Of a stretch of 64,000 nucleotides of DNA, positions 46,786 to 54,827 are shown piece by piece. This DNA is from a virus. Lineage: Duplodnaviria > Caudoviricetes. The stretch covers positions 1-64,000 of IMG/VR virus record IMGVR_UViG_3300020069_000003; one strand, given 5' to 3'. Numbering within the stretch: position 1 is the stretch's first letter; the number at the start of each line of letters is the position of its first letter. The notes beneath the pieces are model-generated. The model had not been told where the DNA came from, did no database searches, and saw only the letters and a list, made by a program, of their open reading frames with translations. The translations under genes and the position numbers were made by a program.

Positions 46786-46815
46786 TTGACAGCCTGGCAA
46801 CTGGTCCGGTACCGT
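46786..46815 (+). promoter_or_regulatory. Y-RNA array promoter TTGACA-18-TACCGT with operator TTGAC-AGCCT-GGCAA
   Basis: Predicted start near 46822, just before RNA1. Confidence 0.65.
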
Positions 46816-46823
46816 GGTCCCCA

Positions 46824-46902
46824 GAACGAGATGAACGGCAGTGGGTTACCCCAGTTATCGGAACCGGCTAGTACCGCCCGCAGCCAAATCCGTTTCTCGT
46901 TC
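46824..46902 (+). ncRNA. Y RNA-like 1 (short)
   Basis: GAACGAGA/TCTCGTTC terminal stem; GAGATGAACG-N6-GGTTAC motif. Confidence 0.7.
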
Positions 46903-46931
46903 GCAAGACAGCACAGACACACGTACATACG

Positions 46932-46994
46932 GTCCGAATTGACGCAGATCGGTTACCTGGCATGGAGAATCCGGCCTGCACCCGTTATTCGGAC
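46932..46994 (+). ncRNA. Y RNA-like 2 (short)
   Basis: GTCCGAAT/ATTCGGAC stem; begins GGTCCGA like canonical Y RNAs; TGACG-N6-GGTTAC. Confidence 0.7.
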
Positions 46995-47030
46995 GACCGT
47001 TTGAAGCACGACAGCCCCACCTGGTCTCCA

Positions 47031-47171
47031 GACCAGCCGAGATGAACGAGTGTCGGTTACCGTCTCAAAACCGGACAACGCGGGTTCGAATCCCGTCGCC
47101 GTCTCCGGACGGTGTAGTGTAGCGGCCTAACACGTTAAACCCGGCAGTCACCCCAGCTTTCTCGGCTGGTC
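47031..47171 (+). ncRNA. yrlA: YrlA-type Y RNA 3 (permuted tRNA module)
   Basis: 12-bp terminal stem; T-arm GCGGGTTCGAATCCCGT, then loop-closed acceptor hairpin, then D-arm GTGT..ACAC. Confidence 0.85.
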
Positions 47172-47206
47172 CCACCAGGGCACGGCCACGCACCACCCCG
47201 GATCTA

Positions 47207-47342
47207 CCGGGCGAGATGAACGCAGATCGGTTACCACTGTTAATGGAGTGTTGCAGGTTCGAGTCCTGTCGCCAGCCCCCGGGCGGCGTAGCTTAACTGG
47301 CAAAGCACTTATCCCGGTCCGCACGTCCCTTTTCTCGTCCGG
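47207..47342 (+). ncRNA. yrlA: YrlA-type Y RNA 4 (permuted tRNA module)
   Basis: 10-bp terminal stem; CTGTTAA Asn-like loop, T-arm GCAGGTTCGAGTCCTGT, acceptor hairpin, D-arm GCTT-AACTGGCA-AAGC. Confidence 0.85.
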
Positions 47343-47349
47343 CCCAGGA

Positions 47350-47413
47350 GGGCCAGTAGCTCAACACGGCAGAGCGGCGCAGGTTGCGGGTTCGAACCCC
47401 GCCTGGTCCACCA
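47350..47413 (+). tRNA. anticodon-arm-less tRNA-like RNA with Ala identity (G3:U70, A73, encoded CCA)
   Basis: GGGCCAG/CTGGTCC-ACCA, D-arm GCTC/GAGC, T-arm GCGGG-TTCGAAC-CCCGC, only 10 nt between the D and T arms. Confidence 0.7.
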
Positions 47414-47414
47414 G

Positions 47415-47447
47415 CCCGGCCCGTAACCCCCCCCCCGGCGGGCCGGG
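47415..47447 (+). terminator. 9-bp hairpin with poly-C loop
   Basis: CCCGGCCCG / CGGGCCGGG. Confidence 0.45.
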
Positions 47448-47487
47448 TGTCTTATTCGCACAACGAATTGAAGGGAGCATCACCGCC

Positions 47488-49173
47488 ATGTCTGACGCAC
47501 TGTCCAGGCACAACCCGTACGATCCGCCGCAGACCCAGCCGCTGCCGGGTCGCGAAACCGAGATGGTTCGCAACCCCGAGGGCGGCTACGTCTTCGTCAA
47601 GGACGTGTGGACCCGGCTGTCCGATTTCCTGGTGCTGGGTACCGAGGGCGGGACCTACTACGCCGACGAGCGCACCCACACCTACCAGAACATCGAGGCG
47701 GTGCGGCTCGCGCTGCTGGAGGACGGCCCCCGGGCGGTCCAGACCGCAGTGGAGTACTCCACCGGACGCCCGCCCCGCGCCCCGCGCAACCACCCGGCCC
47801 TGTACGTCGTCGCCTACGCGCTGGCGGCGGGCGACCTGGAGACCAAGCGGGCGGCGGCCAAGGCCGTGCCCAAGGTCGCCCGCACCACCGACCACCTCGC
47901 CCACCTGTTCGGCTACTGGAAGCAACTCAGCTCGAAGCCGGGCGGGCGGGGTGGTGCAGGGCGCGCCCCGGTCGGTGCGAACTCCCGGGCGACCCGCCGT
48001 GCCTGGATCAGCTGGTTCACGGACCGCACGCCGGAGCAGGTGGCGTACACCCTGCTGAAGGGACGGTCCCGCAAGACCGGGTCGGGCGAGGACTTCAGCC
48101 CCGGACACCTGCTGTCGCTGGTCCGGCCGGTGCCGTCGAACGAGGCCGAGCAGGCGCTGTACGCACTGGCCACCGGCCGCAAGACCCCGATGGAGGTGTC
48201 GGGCCACTTCGCCGCCGCGAAGGCCTTCTACGAGGCGCAGCGTGCGGACACCCCGGCCAAGGCGGTCAAGGTGATCAACGCCTACCACGTCCCGTGGGAG
48301 TTCCTGCCGGACGAGGTGCTGAAGGACGCCAGGGTGTGGCGGGCGCTGATCCCCCACCTGGGCATGACCGCCCTGATCCGCAACCTCGCCCGGATGACCA
48401 GTCTCGGGGTGTTCGAGCCGTTCGACGAGTCGGTGGGGCGGGTGGTGTACCGACTGACCGACGCGGGCGAGCTGCATCGGGGCCGAATCCACCCGTTCGA
48501 TCTGCTGCTGGCGCGTCTGGTGTACTCTTCCGGGTTCGCCCAGCCGAATCTGAAGGCACCGGCCCGTACCTGGGTGCCGGACGGACAGATAGTCGATGCG
48601 CTGGATCTGGCGTACACGCTGGCCGTCCAGGTTGCCGACAAGTCCCCCGGCCGCCTGGTCGTCGCGGTCGACTCATCCGGTTCGATGGGCCAGATGGTCC
48701 GGCACGGCGGGTCCCACCTCGGGTCGTGCTACCACCTCGGTACGGCGGTCGCGGCCACCCTGATGCGCAGCTTCGACGGCGACTGCTACCCGGTCGAGTT
48801 CGACAGCGTCTGCAGGCCGTCGAAGCTGCGGGCGGGGATGTCGCTGGGCGAGATCTACAGCCTGCGGCACGACGGCGGCGCCACCGACTGCTCCGCCCCG
48901 ATCGAGTGGGCGCTGCGGAACAACGTCGTGTGCGATGCGTTCGTGCTGATCACCGACAACGTCAGCTGGTCGGGCAACCGCCACACCTCGAAGGTCCTGG
49001 AGGACTACCGGCGCTCGATCAACCCCCAGGCGCGTGTGATCGTGTCGGCGATGGTGGCGAACGGACACTCGGTGGCCGATCCGACGGACCCGGGTGTGGT
49101 CAACGTCGGCGGTTTCGACTCCAGCCTGCCGACCCTGATCGCGGGCTACATGCGGACCGGCGGCGCGTTCTGA
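47488..49173 (+). CDS. rsr: Ro60/Rsr TROVE-domain RNA-binding protein
   Basis: MVRNPEGGYVF, FLVLGTEGGTYY, MTALIRNLARM, RIHPF; vWA MIDAS DSSGSM, GGATD, LITDN. Confidence 0.93.
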   Translation: MSDALSRHNPYDPPQTQPLPGRETEMVRNPEGGYVFVKDVWTRLSDFLVLGTEGGTYYADERTHTYQNIEAVRLALLEDGPRAVQTAVEYSTGRPPRAPRNHPALYVVAYALAAGDLETKRAAAKAVPKVARTTDHLAHLFGYWKQLSSKPGGRGGAGRAPVGANSRATRRAWISWFTDRTPEQVAYTLLKGRSRKTGSGEDFSPGHLLSLVRPVPSNEAEQALYALATGRKTPMEVSGHFAAAKAFYEAQRADTPAKAVKVINAYHVPWEFLPDEVLKDARVWRALIPHLGMTALIRNLARMTSLGVFEPFDESVGRVVYRLTDAGELHRGRIHPFDLLLARLVYSSGFAQPNLKAPARTWVPDGQIVDALDLAYTLAVQVADKSPGRLVVAVDSSGSMGQMVRHGGSHLGSCYHLGTAVAATLMRSFDGDCYPVEFDSVCRPSKLRAGMSLGEIYSLRHDGGATDCSAPIEWALRNNVVCDAFVLITDNVSWSGNRHTSKVLEDYRRSINPQARVIVSAMVANGHSVADPTDPGVVNVGGFDSSLPTLIAGYMRTGGAF

Positions 49174-49535
49174 TGACCCGCCGGGACGAGTTCGTACGCT
49201 GGGACGGGGACAAGCGGGTGTCGAACCCGCTAGACCAGTGGGAGGGCGACTGGAACGGTCTGTCAGCCCGCGACCTGACCGGCCGGGAGATCGAACCCGG
49301 TATGTGGCTGGTCAAGGCCTACCAGTCTGGTCGCTCCAGCAACCTGGAGATCCGTCAGGTGCGGGAGGTCCGTACGGTCACCTCCAAAGACTGGGACGGC
49401 AACAAGATCGTGTCCGAGCCCCGGGTGTTCCTGGACACCTCGAAGGTACCGGTGCAGTACCCCGGCCGGTGTCTGATCGTCGACTGGGATCCGGTGCTGG
49501 AGGCAGTCCGCACCCGAGCGGGCGGGGTGGTGTAA
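49173..49535 (+). CDS. hypothetical protein
   Basis: TGATG coupling to Ro60. Confidence 0.7.
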   Translation: MTRRDEFVRWDGDKRVSNPLDQWEGDWNGLSARDLTGREIEPGMWLVKAYQSGRSSNLEIRQVREVRTVTSKDWDGNKIVSEPRVFLDTSKVPVQYPGRCLIVDWDPVLEAVRTRAGGVV

Positions 49536-49712
49536 GTGACCGCGTATCAGGTGTTCAAGATCCTGATCGTGGCGCCTGCGCTGTCTCTGATCGTGCTGGC
49601 GGCGTGCATGCCCCACCTGTCCGACAGGTTCGAGAAGGTGGCGGAGTGGGTCGGCGGCGTGCTGCTGGTCGTGATGGCGGTGGCCACGGTCTGTGAGCTG
49701 ACGGTGTACTGA
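49536..49712 (+). CDS. two-TM micro-protein (58 aa)
   Basis: Translated manually: MTAYQVFKILIVAPALSLIVLAAC...VGGVLLVVMAVATVC. Confidence 0.55.
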   Translation: MTAYQVFKILIVAPALSLIVLAACMPHLSDRFEKVAEWVGGVLLVVMAVATVCELTVY

Positions 49713-50212
49713 TGCCTCTGAAGGAGAGGGTCGAGGTGTTCTGGGACGGTACCCGGGTCGGCCGGGTACCGCTGCCCCACGAGATCGAGGCGGTGGTCCT
49801 GCTGTCCGAGTCGTCGGGCGTCCGGGAGGTCTCGAAGAGGCTGGGCCTGCAGGAGCAACGGGCCCAGTACTGGATCCGGGGCGCGATGTACAAGCTGCAC
49901 GCGGCCTGCTCCTCCGAGGCCCTGTACCAGCTGTACCGGCTGCAGCTGGTGAAGACCCCGTCGAACCCGTGGCTGCAGCCGATCCTGGAGCCCGACCAGC
50001 GCGACCTGCTGTACATGCTGTGCCGGGAGGGCCTGAACTACGACCAGGTAGCCGCCCGCCTGAAGATCGGACACAACCAGGTCGGTAACCGGACCCGGTA
50101 CATGTTTGAGATCTTGGGGGCGACCCACCGGGTCCAGGCCCTGCGTCTGGCGGTAGAGCGCGGGGACGTCAGGATACGGCCGCCGAAGGACCTGTGGAAG
50201 GGGGTGGTGTAG
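49712..50212 (+). CDS. tandem LuxR-type HTH protein
   Basis: Two HTH repeats (REVSKRLGL; DQVAARLKIG...THRVQAL). Confidence 0.75.
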   Translation: MPLKERVEVFWDGTRVGRVPLPHEIEAVVLLSESSGVREVSKRLGLQEQRAQYWIRGAMYKLHAACSSEALYQLYRLQLVKTPSNPWLQPILEPDQRDLLYMLCREGLNYDQVAARLKIGHNQVGNRTRYMFEILGATHRVQALRLAVERGDVRIRPPKDLWKGVV

Positions 50213-50213
50213 G

Positions 50214-50321
50214 GTGACTGTGCACATTACGGCGGCCGGGGTTCTCCAGACCATCGGGGCGCTGGCGGTCGTGGCGGCGGTGGTCGCCGTCATCGCGGTG
50301 CTGGTGTTCTTTCACGACTGA
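50214..50321 (+). CDS. single-TM micro-protein (35 aa)
   Basis: MTVHITAAGVLQTIGALAVVAAVVAVIAVLVFFHD. Confidence 0.5.
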   Translation: MTVHITAAGVLQTIGALAVVAAVVAVIAVLVFFHD

Positions 50322-50330
50322 GGAGTCAAG

Positions 50331-50522
50331 TTGTCAGACCACATCCCGGTTACGGTGGCGTACGACCACCCGGCCAACGCGGGACAGCCGAACCCCCGCA
50401 CCCAGTACACGGTGTCGATGGACCCGGACGCCGTCGGCCAGGTGCTGATCCTGCTGGACGCACTGGACGGCGCCGACCCGGACCGGATCGACGAGGTACA
50501 GCAGCTGCTGACCCAGCTGTAG
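50331..50522 (+). CDS. hypothetical protein
   Basis: GAGGAG SD plus TTG. Confidence 0.6.
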   Translation: MSDHIPVTVAYDHPANAGQPNPRTQYTVSMDPDAVGQVLILLDALDGADPDRIDEVQQLLTQL

Positions 50523-50570
50523 CACGTACCGGCCCCAGCCTGCGGTGTCGAGCGGGCCGGGGCCTCATAC

Positions 50571-50600
50571 TTGACAAATAGACAAAGATGGGGATAGACT
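50571..50600 (+). promoter_or_regulatory. promoter TTGACA-18-TAGACT with operator TTGAC-AAATA-GACAA
   Basis: Direct reading. Confidence 0.7.
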
Positions 50601-50607
50601 GCTCCCT

Positions 50608-52578
50608 ATGACACCTACACTGACTTGGGGTCAGGCCGAGCAGGGTCTGGCCGAGCACTGGGGCAGCTTCTCCAGCCGCACCCAGCAGCGCGACTACGCG
50701 CACGCCGTTACCGAGACCCTGCACCGCAACGCCAAGAACCGGGTGCGCATGGCCCAGGCGGGCGTCGGCTGCGGCAAGTCCCTGGGCTACCTGATCCCGG
50801 CGATCGCCACCGGCGGACGCGTGGTGGTCGCGGTGTCCACCAAGGCGCTGCAGGACCAGCTGTTCCTGAAGGACCTGCCTTTGCTGAAGCAGGCGCTGTT
50901 CCCGGACCTGACCTACGCAATACTGAAGGGCCGGTCCAACTACGTCTGCCTGCGGGCGGCCGACAAGTCGGGCCACCCGGCGGGGGTGGTGCAGGGCTCG
51001 GCGGGCGAGCGCACCGACCTGGTAACCCCGGTTACCGACGAGCAGTGGCGCGAGATGACGGTAGACGCCGAAGGCTGCGTCGGCCGCAAGGCCTGCCCGT
51101 TCTCGGACAACTGCTACAGCGAGGCGGCGAAGCTGCGCGCGCTGTCGGCCCGGGTGCTGGTGGTCAACACCAGCCTGCTGACCCAGGACCTGAAGCTGCG
51201 GGCGATGACCCGGGGCAAGGCCTCCCTGTTCGGCGATTACGACTGCCTGATCGTGGACGAGGCGCACGAGATGCCCGACATCGTGGCCGGTGGCCTGTCC
51301 ATCCAGGTCACGCTGCACCGGATCTTGGACGCCACCTCGAAGCTGGCCTACCACCTGGACGCGGCCGGTGCCCCGTCCCAGGTCGAGAAGGTCAACACCG
51401 TGGCCAGCCAGTACTTCAACCAGATCTCGGACTGGTTCCGGGGCCAGCGCGACGCCCGCACCGCCGATCTGGCCGAGGACGACCGCCGGTCGGTCGGCCA
51501 GATCGTCGACGCCCTGCAGCCTCTGGTCGAGTGGGTCTCGCGTGCTCAGTGCAACTGCGAACCGATCATCGACCCGGAAACCGGCGAGGAGGACCTGGTG
51601 TGCGAGTACAACCGCCGGATGTCCTCCCTCATGACCGACCTGTGCAAGTTCGCCGCTCCGGAGTCCGAGGACTCGCCCACCGACGTGGTGTGGATGGAGA
51701 CGGTCGGACGTCGCGGTGCGGTGGCGCTGAAGTCGTCCCCGGCCGAGGTCGGCGGCTGGCTGCGCGCGGTGCTGTGGGAGGGTTTCAACACCTCCCGGGG
51801 TGAGCGCGAGCTGCCGACGGTGCTGACCTCGGCGACGCTGGCGGTCGGCGGAGACTTCACCTACCTGGCCCGCAGGCTCGGTATCCCGGCCTACGACGAC
51901 ATCGACGTCGGCACCCCGTTCGACTACGGCAAGCAGGCGATGCTGTACCTGCCCCCGATGTCCGCCCCCAGCCCGAAGAAGGGACTGGAGTGGAAGCAGT
52001 GGGCGCAGGACCAGATGTACCAGCTGGTCGAGGCGTCCGGCGGTGACGCGCTGATGCTGTTCACCAGCGTCTCGGCGATGCGGGAGGCTCACGAGAGGGT
52101 GGGCCCGCGTCTGGAGCGGCTGGGGATCGCCAGCCGGATGCAGGGCGATGGCATGGACAACCGGGCGCTGGCCGGGTGGTTCGCCAGCAATCGCCGGAAC
52201 GTCCTGTTCGCCACCCGGTCGTTCATGACCGGGGTGGACTTCCAGGGCGACACCTGCCGCCTGGTGGTGGTGGACAAGATGCCGTTCCAGCCGCCGGAGG
52301 ACCCGGTGTTCAAGACCCGGTGCAAGCTGGTGGAGCAGCGGTTCGGCGAGCGCTCCTCCTTCAGCCGGGTATCCATCCCCGACATGGGGATGGTTCTGCA
52401 GCAGGCGGGCGGGCGCCTGATTCGGTCGGTCCACGATCGGGGGGTGCTGGCGATCCTGGACCCCCGGATGCGGGCGGGATGGGCGGCCCCGATCCGGCGC
52501 AGCCTGCCGAAGATGGCCGACGCCCAGACGATCGAGCAGGTCCGGCAGTTCTACCGCCAGCTGGCGCTGGTGGACTGA
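50608..52578 (+). CDS. dinG: DinG/YoaA-family Fe-S helicase
   Basis: AGVGCGKS, LKGRSNYVC, C-x4-C-x5-C, VDEAHE, TSAT, TGVDFQG, QQAGGRLIR. Confidence 0.9.
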   Translation: MTPTLTWGQAEQGLAEHWGSFSSRTQQRDYAHAVTETLHRNAKNRVRMAQAGVGCGKSLGYLIPAIATGGRVVVAVSTKALQDQLFLKDLPLLKQALFPDLTYAILKGRSNYVCLRAADKSGHPAGVVQGSAGERTDLVTPVTDEQWREMTVDAEGCVGRKACPFSDNCYSEAAKLRALSARVLVVNTSLLTQDLKLRAMTRGKASLFGDYDCLIVDEAHEMPDIVAGGLSIQVTLHRILDATSKLAYHLDAAGAPSQVEKVNTVASQYFNQISDWFRGQRDARTADLAEDDRRSVGQIVDALQPLVEWVSRAQCNCEPIIDPETGEEDLVCEYNRRMSSLMTDLCKFAAPESEDSPTDVVWMETVGRRGAVALKSSPAEVGGWLRAVLWEGFNTSRGERELPTVLTSATLAVGGDFTYLARRLGIPAYDDIDVGTPFDYGKQAMLYLPPMSAPSPKKGLEWKQWAQDQMYQLVEASGGDALMLFTSVSAMREAHERVGPRLERLGIASRMQGDGMDNRALAGWFASNRRNVLFATRSFMTGVDFQGDTCRLVVVDKMPFQPPEDPVFKTRCKLVEQRFGERSSFSRVSIPDMGMVLQQAGGRLIRSVHDRGVLAILDPRMRAGWAAPIRRSLPKMADAQTIEQVRQFYRQLALVD

Positions 52579-52600
52579 TACGAAACGAACGGGAGGCAAC

Positions 52601-52741
52601 ATGCGCATCAAGAAATGGGTTGCGGCGGCGGCTGTACTGCTGGCGCTTCCGCTGGTCGCCGCCGGGAAGTGCGGAGACTGCCACAACAACGTCCAGGCCA
52701 ACGGGCCGGGCAAGACGTTTACCACCACACAGTGCAAGTAG
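52601..52741 (+). CDS. secreted/membrane-anchored Cys micro-protein (46 aa)
   Basis: GGGAGG SD; MRIKKWVAAAAVLLALPLVAAGKCGDC...QCK signal-peptide pattern. Confidence 0.6.
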   Translation: MRIKKWVAAAAVLLALPLVAAGKCGDCHNNVQANGPGKTFTTTQCK

Positions 52742-52750
52742 GACGTAGGC

Positions 52751-52793
52751 GGGCGGGGGTGGTGTAGGGCGCTGCTCTGCACCACCCCCGCCC
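52751..52793 (+). terminator. 17-bp hairpin built from the polar motif
   Basis: GGGCGGGGGTGGTGTAG / CTGCACCACCCCCGCCC with one G-U pair. Confidence 0.65.
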
Positions 52794-52808
52794 CGGGGGA
52801 GGGAGAAC

Positions 52809-53108
52809 ATGGGAGACACGCAGACGGGGTTCTACCACCCGGAGTACGACGAAGCTCTGAAGGACGCCCGAAACCGGCTGTTGCTGGGTCGCAGGCTAAA
52901 GGAGCTGGCCGACGCGCACAACCAGTCGGGGGACGCGCTTCTGCTGACCCGGGACTGGGACGGGGCCGACCTGCACTGGAGGGTCGGGGCCCAGTGTATG
53001 AGGGCCAGCCAGGCGATATCGTTCGCAAAACCCACCAACCGGACAGACTGGCTGCTGATTGAGGCAGCTTGGCTGGACATACGAGCAGGAAAGAAGGCGC
53101 AGAGATGA
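52809..53108 (+). CDS. hypothetical protein
   Basis: GGAGGGAG SD. Confidence 0.65.
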   Translation: MGDTQTGFYHPEYDEALKDARNRLLLGRRLKELADAHNQSGDALLLTRDWDGADLHWRVGAQCMRASQAISFAKPTNRTDWLLIEAAWLDIRAGKKAQR

Positions 53109-53398
53109 GCAGGCACACGACCGGACACACCACCAACCCGACGTACCGGGCGCGGAACGAGATTCGGGACCGGCTGCAGCGGCTGGCGGAGGAGGCCCGA
53201 GCCACCGCAACCAGCTTCTCCACGTTCGAGATGCCGGACACTGAGATGTGGAATCTGGTGGACAAGATGGCGTCGGGCATGGCCGACAGCCTGGACACCG
53301 CCAACCAGATCGACCAGGAGAACGCCGACCGCGTCCGCCAGGACGCCCGGCAGTCCAGCGCCGTCGGCTACGAGCTGCCGGACCTGGAGCAGCTGTGA
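53105..53398 (+). CDS. hypothetical protein
   Basis: ATGA-coupled. Confidence 0.65.
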   Translation: MSRHTTGHTTNPTYRARNEIRDRLQRLAEEARATATSFSTFEMPDTEMWNLVDKMASGMADSLDTANQIDQENADRVRQDARQSSAVGYELPDLEQL

Positions 53399-53616
53399 CC
53401 CCGGCCGAGCACCTGCGGCGCGGGCAGGAGCTGCTGGACCAGGCCGACGCCACGGCAGCGGCCAAGTGGGAGATCCGGTACGCTACCGCTGTCGTGGCGC
53501 AGGCTCACTTCCAGGCGGCGCAGGCGCTGGCCGAGATCGCGCACCTGGAGCGCCTGGACAACCCGCAGATCCAGGTCAACCCGAGTGAGGAGATACTTTC
53601 GTGGCCGACGAGCTGA
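53395..53616 (+). CDS. hypothetical protein
   Basis: GTGA-coupled. Confidence 0.6.
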   Translation: MTPAEHLRRGQELLDQADATAAAKWEIRYATAVVAQAHFQAAQALAEIAHLERLDNPQIQVNPSEEILSWPTS

Positions 53617-54008
53617 GGATGCGCCGGGTTTTGGCGCACATCGAGTCCAACCTGCCCCTGTGGGACCAGAACAACTGGGTCGTCGAGACCTCCTGCGGCA
53701 CCGCCTACTGCTACGCGGGCTGGACGGTGGTCCTGGAGGGCATCCCGGTGCACACCAACGTGGACGGCCTGCCGTACGTGGACCGCAGGACCCTGCCGCA
53801 GCCGTGGCTGGACCGTCTGGAGGCGCTGGACCTGGCCTACCTGGCGGACGGTGAGTACCACGTGGGGGTGTCCGACATGGCGGCCCTGATCCTCGGCCTG
53901 TACGACGACGGGCGCGAGCGCGATAAGTGGCACCTGTTCGGGGCCTGTCTGGGCCTGGACGGGCTGCGCCAGGCGATCGACTGGCTGTGTACGGGGAGAC
54001 GAGGATAG
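53601..54008 (+). CDS. conserved phage protein (WDQ..W...CGT..CYAGW motif)
   Basis: GAGGAG SD; motif recurrent in actinophages. Confidence 0.7.
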   Translation: MADELRMRRVLAHIESNLPLWDQNNWVVETSCGTAYCYAGWTVVLEGIPVHTNVDGLPYVDRRTLPQPWLDRLEALDLAYLADGEYHVGVSDMAALILGLYDDGRERDKWHLFGACLGLDGLRQAIDWLCTGRRG

Positions 54009-54011
54009 GCG

Positions 54012-54215
54012 ATGTCCGAACGGGGCAGGCGGATACGTAAGAAGCTGCGGGGCCTGGGGTCGAACATCCCGGTGGCCAGCCAGTCGGTGGAACCGGGGGA
54101 CAGCATCTGCTTCTACTGCCGACAGTCCTACAACCCCGGCCAGGAGGGGCAGCACCACTTCCCGGCCTGCGACATTTGCGGGGATCTGGGGCACGCAGGG
54201 TGCAAGCACAGCTAA
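54012..54215 (+). CDS. small Cys/His Zn-finger-like protein
   Basis: CFYC...HH..ACDIC...H..C. Confidence 0.6.
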   Translation: MSERGRRIRKKLRGLGSNIPVASQSVEPGDSICFYCRQSYNPGQEGQHHFPACDICGDLGHAGCKHS

Positions 54216-54250
54216 ACTCAACGAAAGACACGCAGAAGGGAAGTTCCGAG

Positions 54251-54655
54251 ATGAGCCGATACCCGCTGCAGGCGGTCGCACTGGACACGGACGGCGCCCC
54301 GTGGTATCCGTTCCGGGTGCCGGGGAACCCCGGCACGACGCTGTACGTTCAGAAGCCGGTATTGCCGACCGGACAGGCCGAGTGGGCGACCGTACCGCCG
54401 GAGTTCGCCGACCGGCCCCACCTGGACCTGGACGAGCTGCACCTGGCCGAGGTGTTCTACCTGGCCTCGACCGAGATCGACCTGGACACGCCCACCCCCG
54501 AGCAGGTCACGGAGGTCCTGGACCGCCAGCTGCGGGCGTGCGGGTGCGACGCCGGGCGGCTGGACAGCTGGTGCAGCGGCAGGCCGTACGAGGTCGTGCA
54601 CCACAACCGGATGAACAAGTGCCTGGCGCTGTCGCGTCGGCTGCTGGCTGCCTGA
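54251..54655 (+). CDS. hypothetical protein
   Basis: GAAGGGAAG SD. Confidence 0.65.
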   Translation: MSRYPLQAVALDTDGAPWYPFRVPGNPGTTLYVQKPVLPTGQAEWATVPPEFADRPHLDLDELHLAEVFYLASTEIDLDTPTPEQVTEVLDRQLRACGCDAGRLDSWCSGRPYEVVHHNRMNKCLALSRRLLAA

Positions 54656-54827
54656 CCGGGCGGGGTGGTGTGGGGCGCGGCCTTGCACCACCCCGCCGCA
54701 TATTGAGAGGTTTGACGTGTTGGGGATCGTGAACACAGTGTTCAACGCGGCGGTTCTGGTCACGGTGATCGTGCTGTCGGTCAAGACCAGGCGAAACATC
54801 AAGAAACGGAACAGGGAGTAATCCGAT

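Noticed and set aside
46820-47342. CRISPR array or canonical tRNA genes
   Set aside because: Repeat units are short motifs within self-closing stems, with no constant repeat-spacer period. The tRNA arms are in permuted order (T before D), so they are Y RNAs rather than tRNA-Asn or tRNA-Leu.
47248-47487. N-terminal extension of Ro60 from TTG 47248
   Set aside because: Overlaps Y RNA 4 and the mini-tRNA; the SD and conserved N-terminus support ATG 47488.
52601-52741. Lipoprotein call
   Set aside because: AAGKC does not fit the canonical lipobox; kept only as a signal-peptide protein.
50350-53304. Very long antisense ORFs (e.g. 50350..53304, 59398..62151, 44496..46523, 11622..13682, 615..2561)
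   Set aside because: Shadow frames of GC3-rich sense genes; R/G/P-rich, no motifs, no SD.
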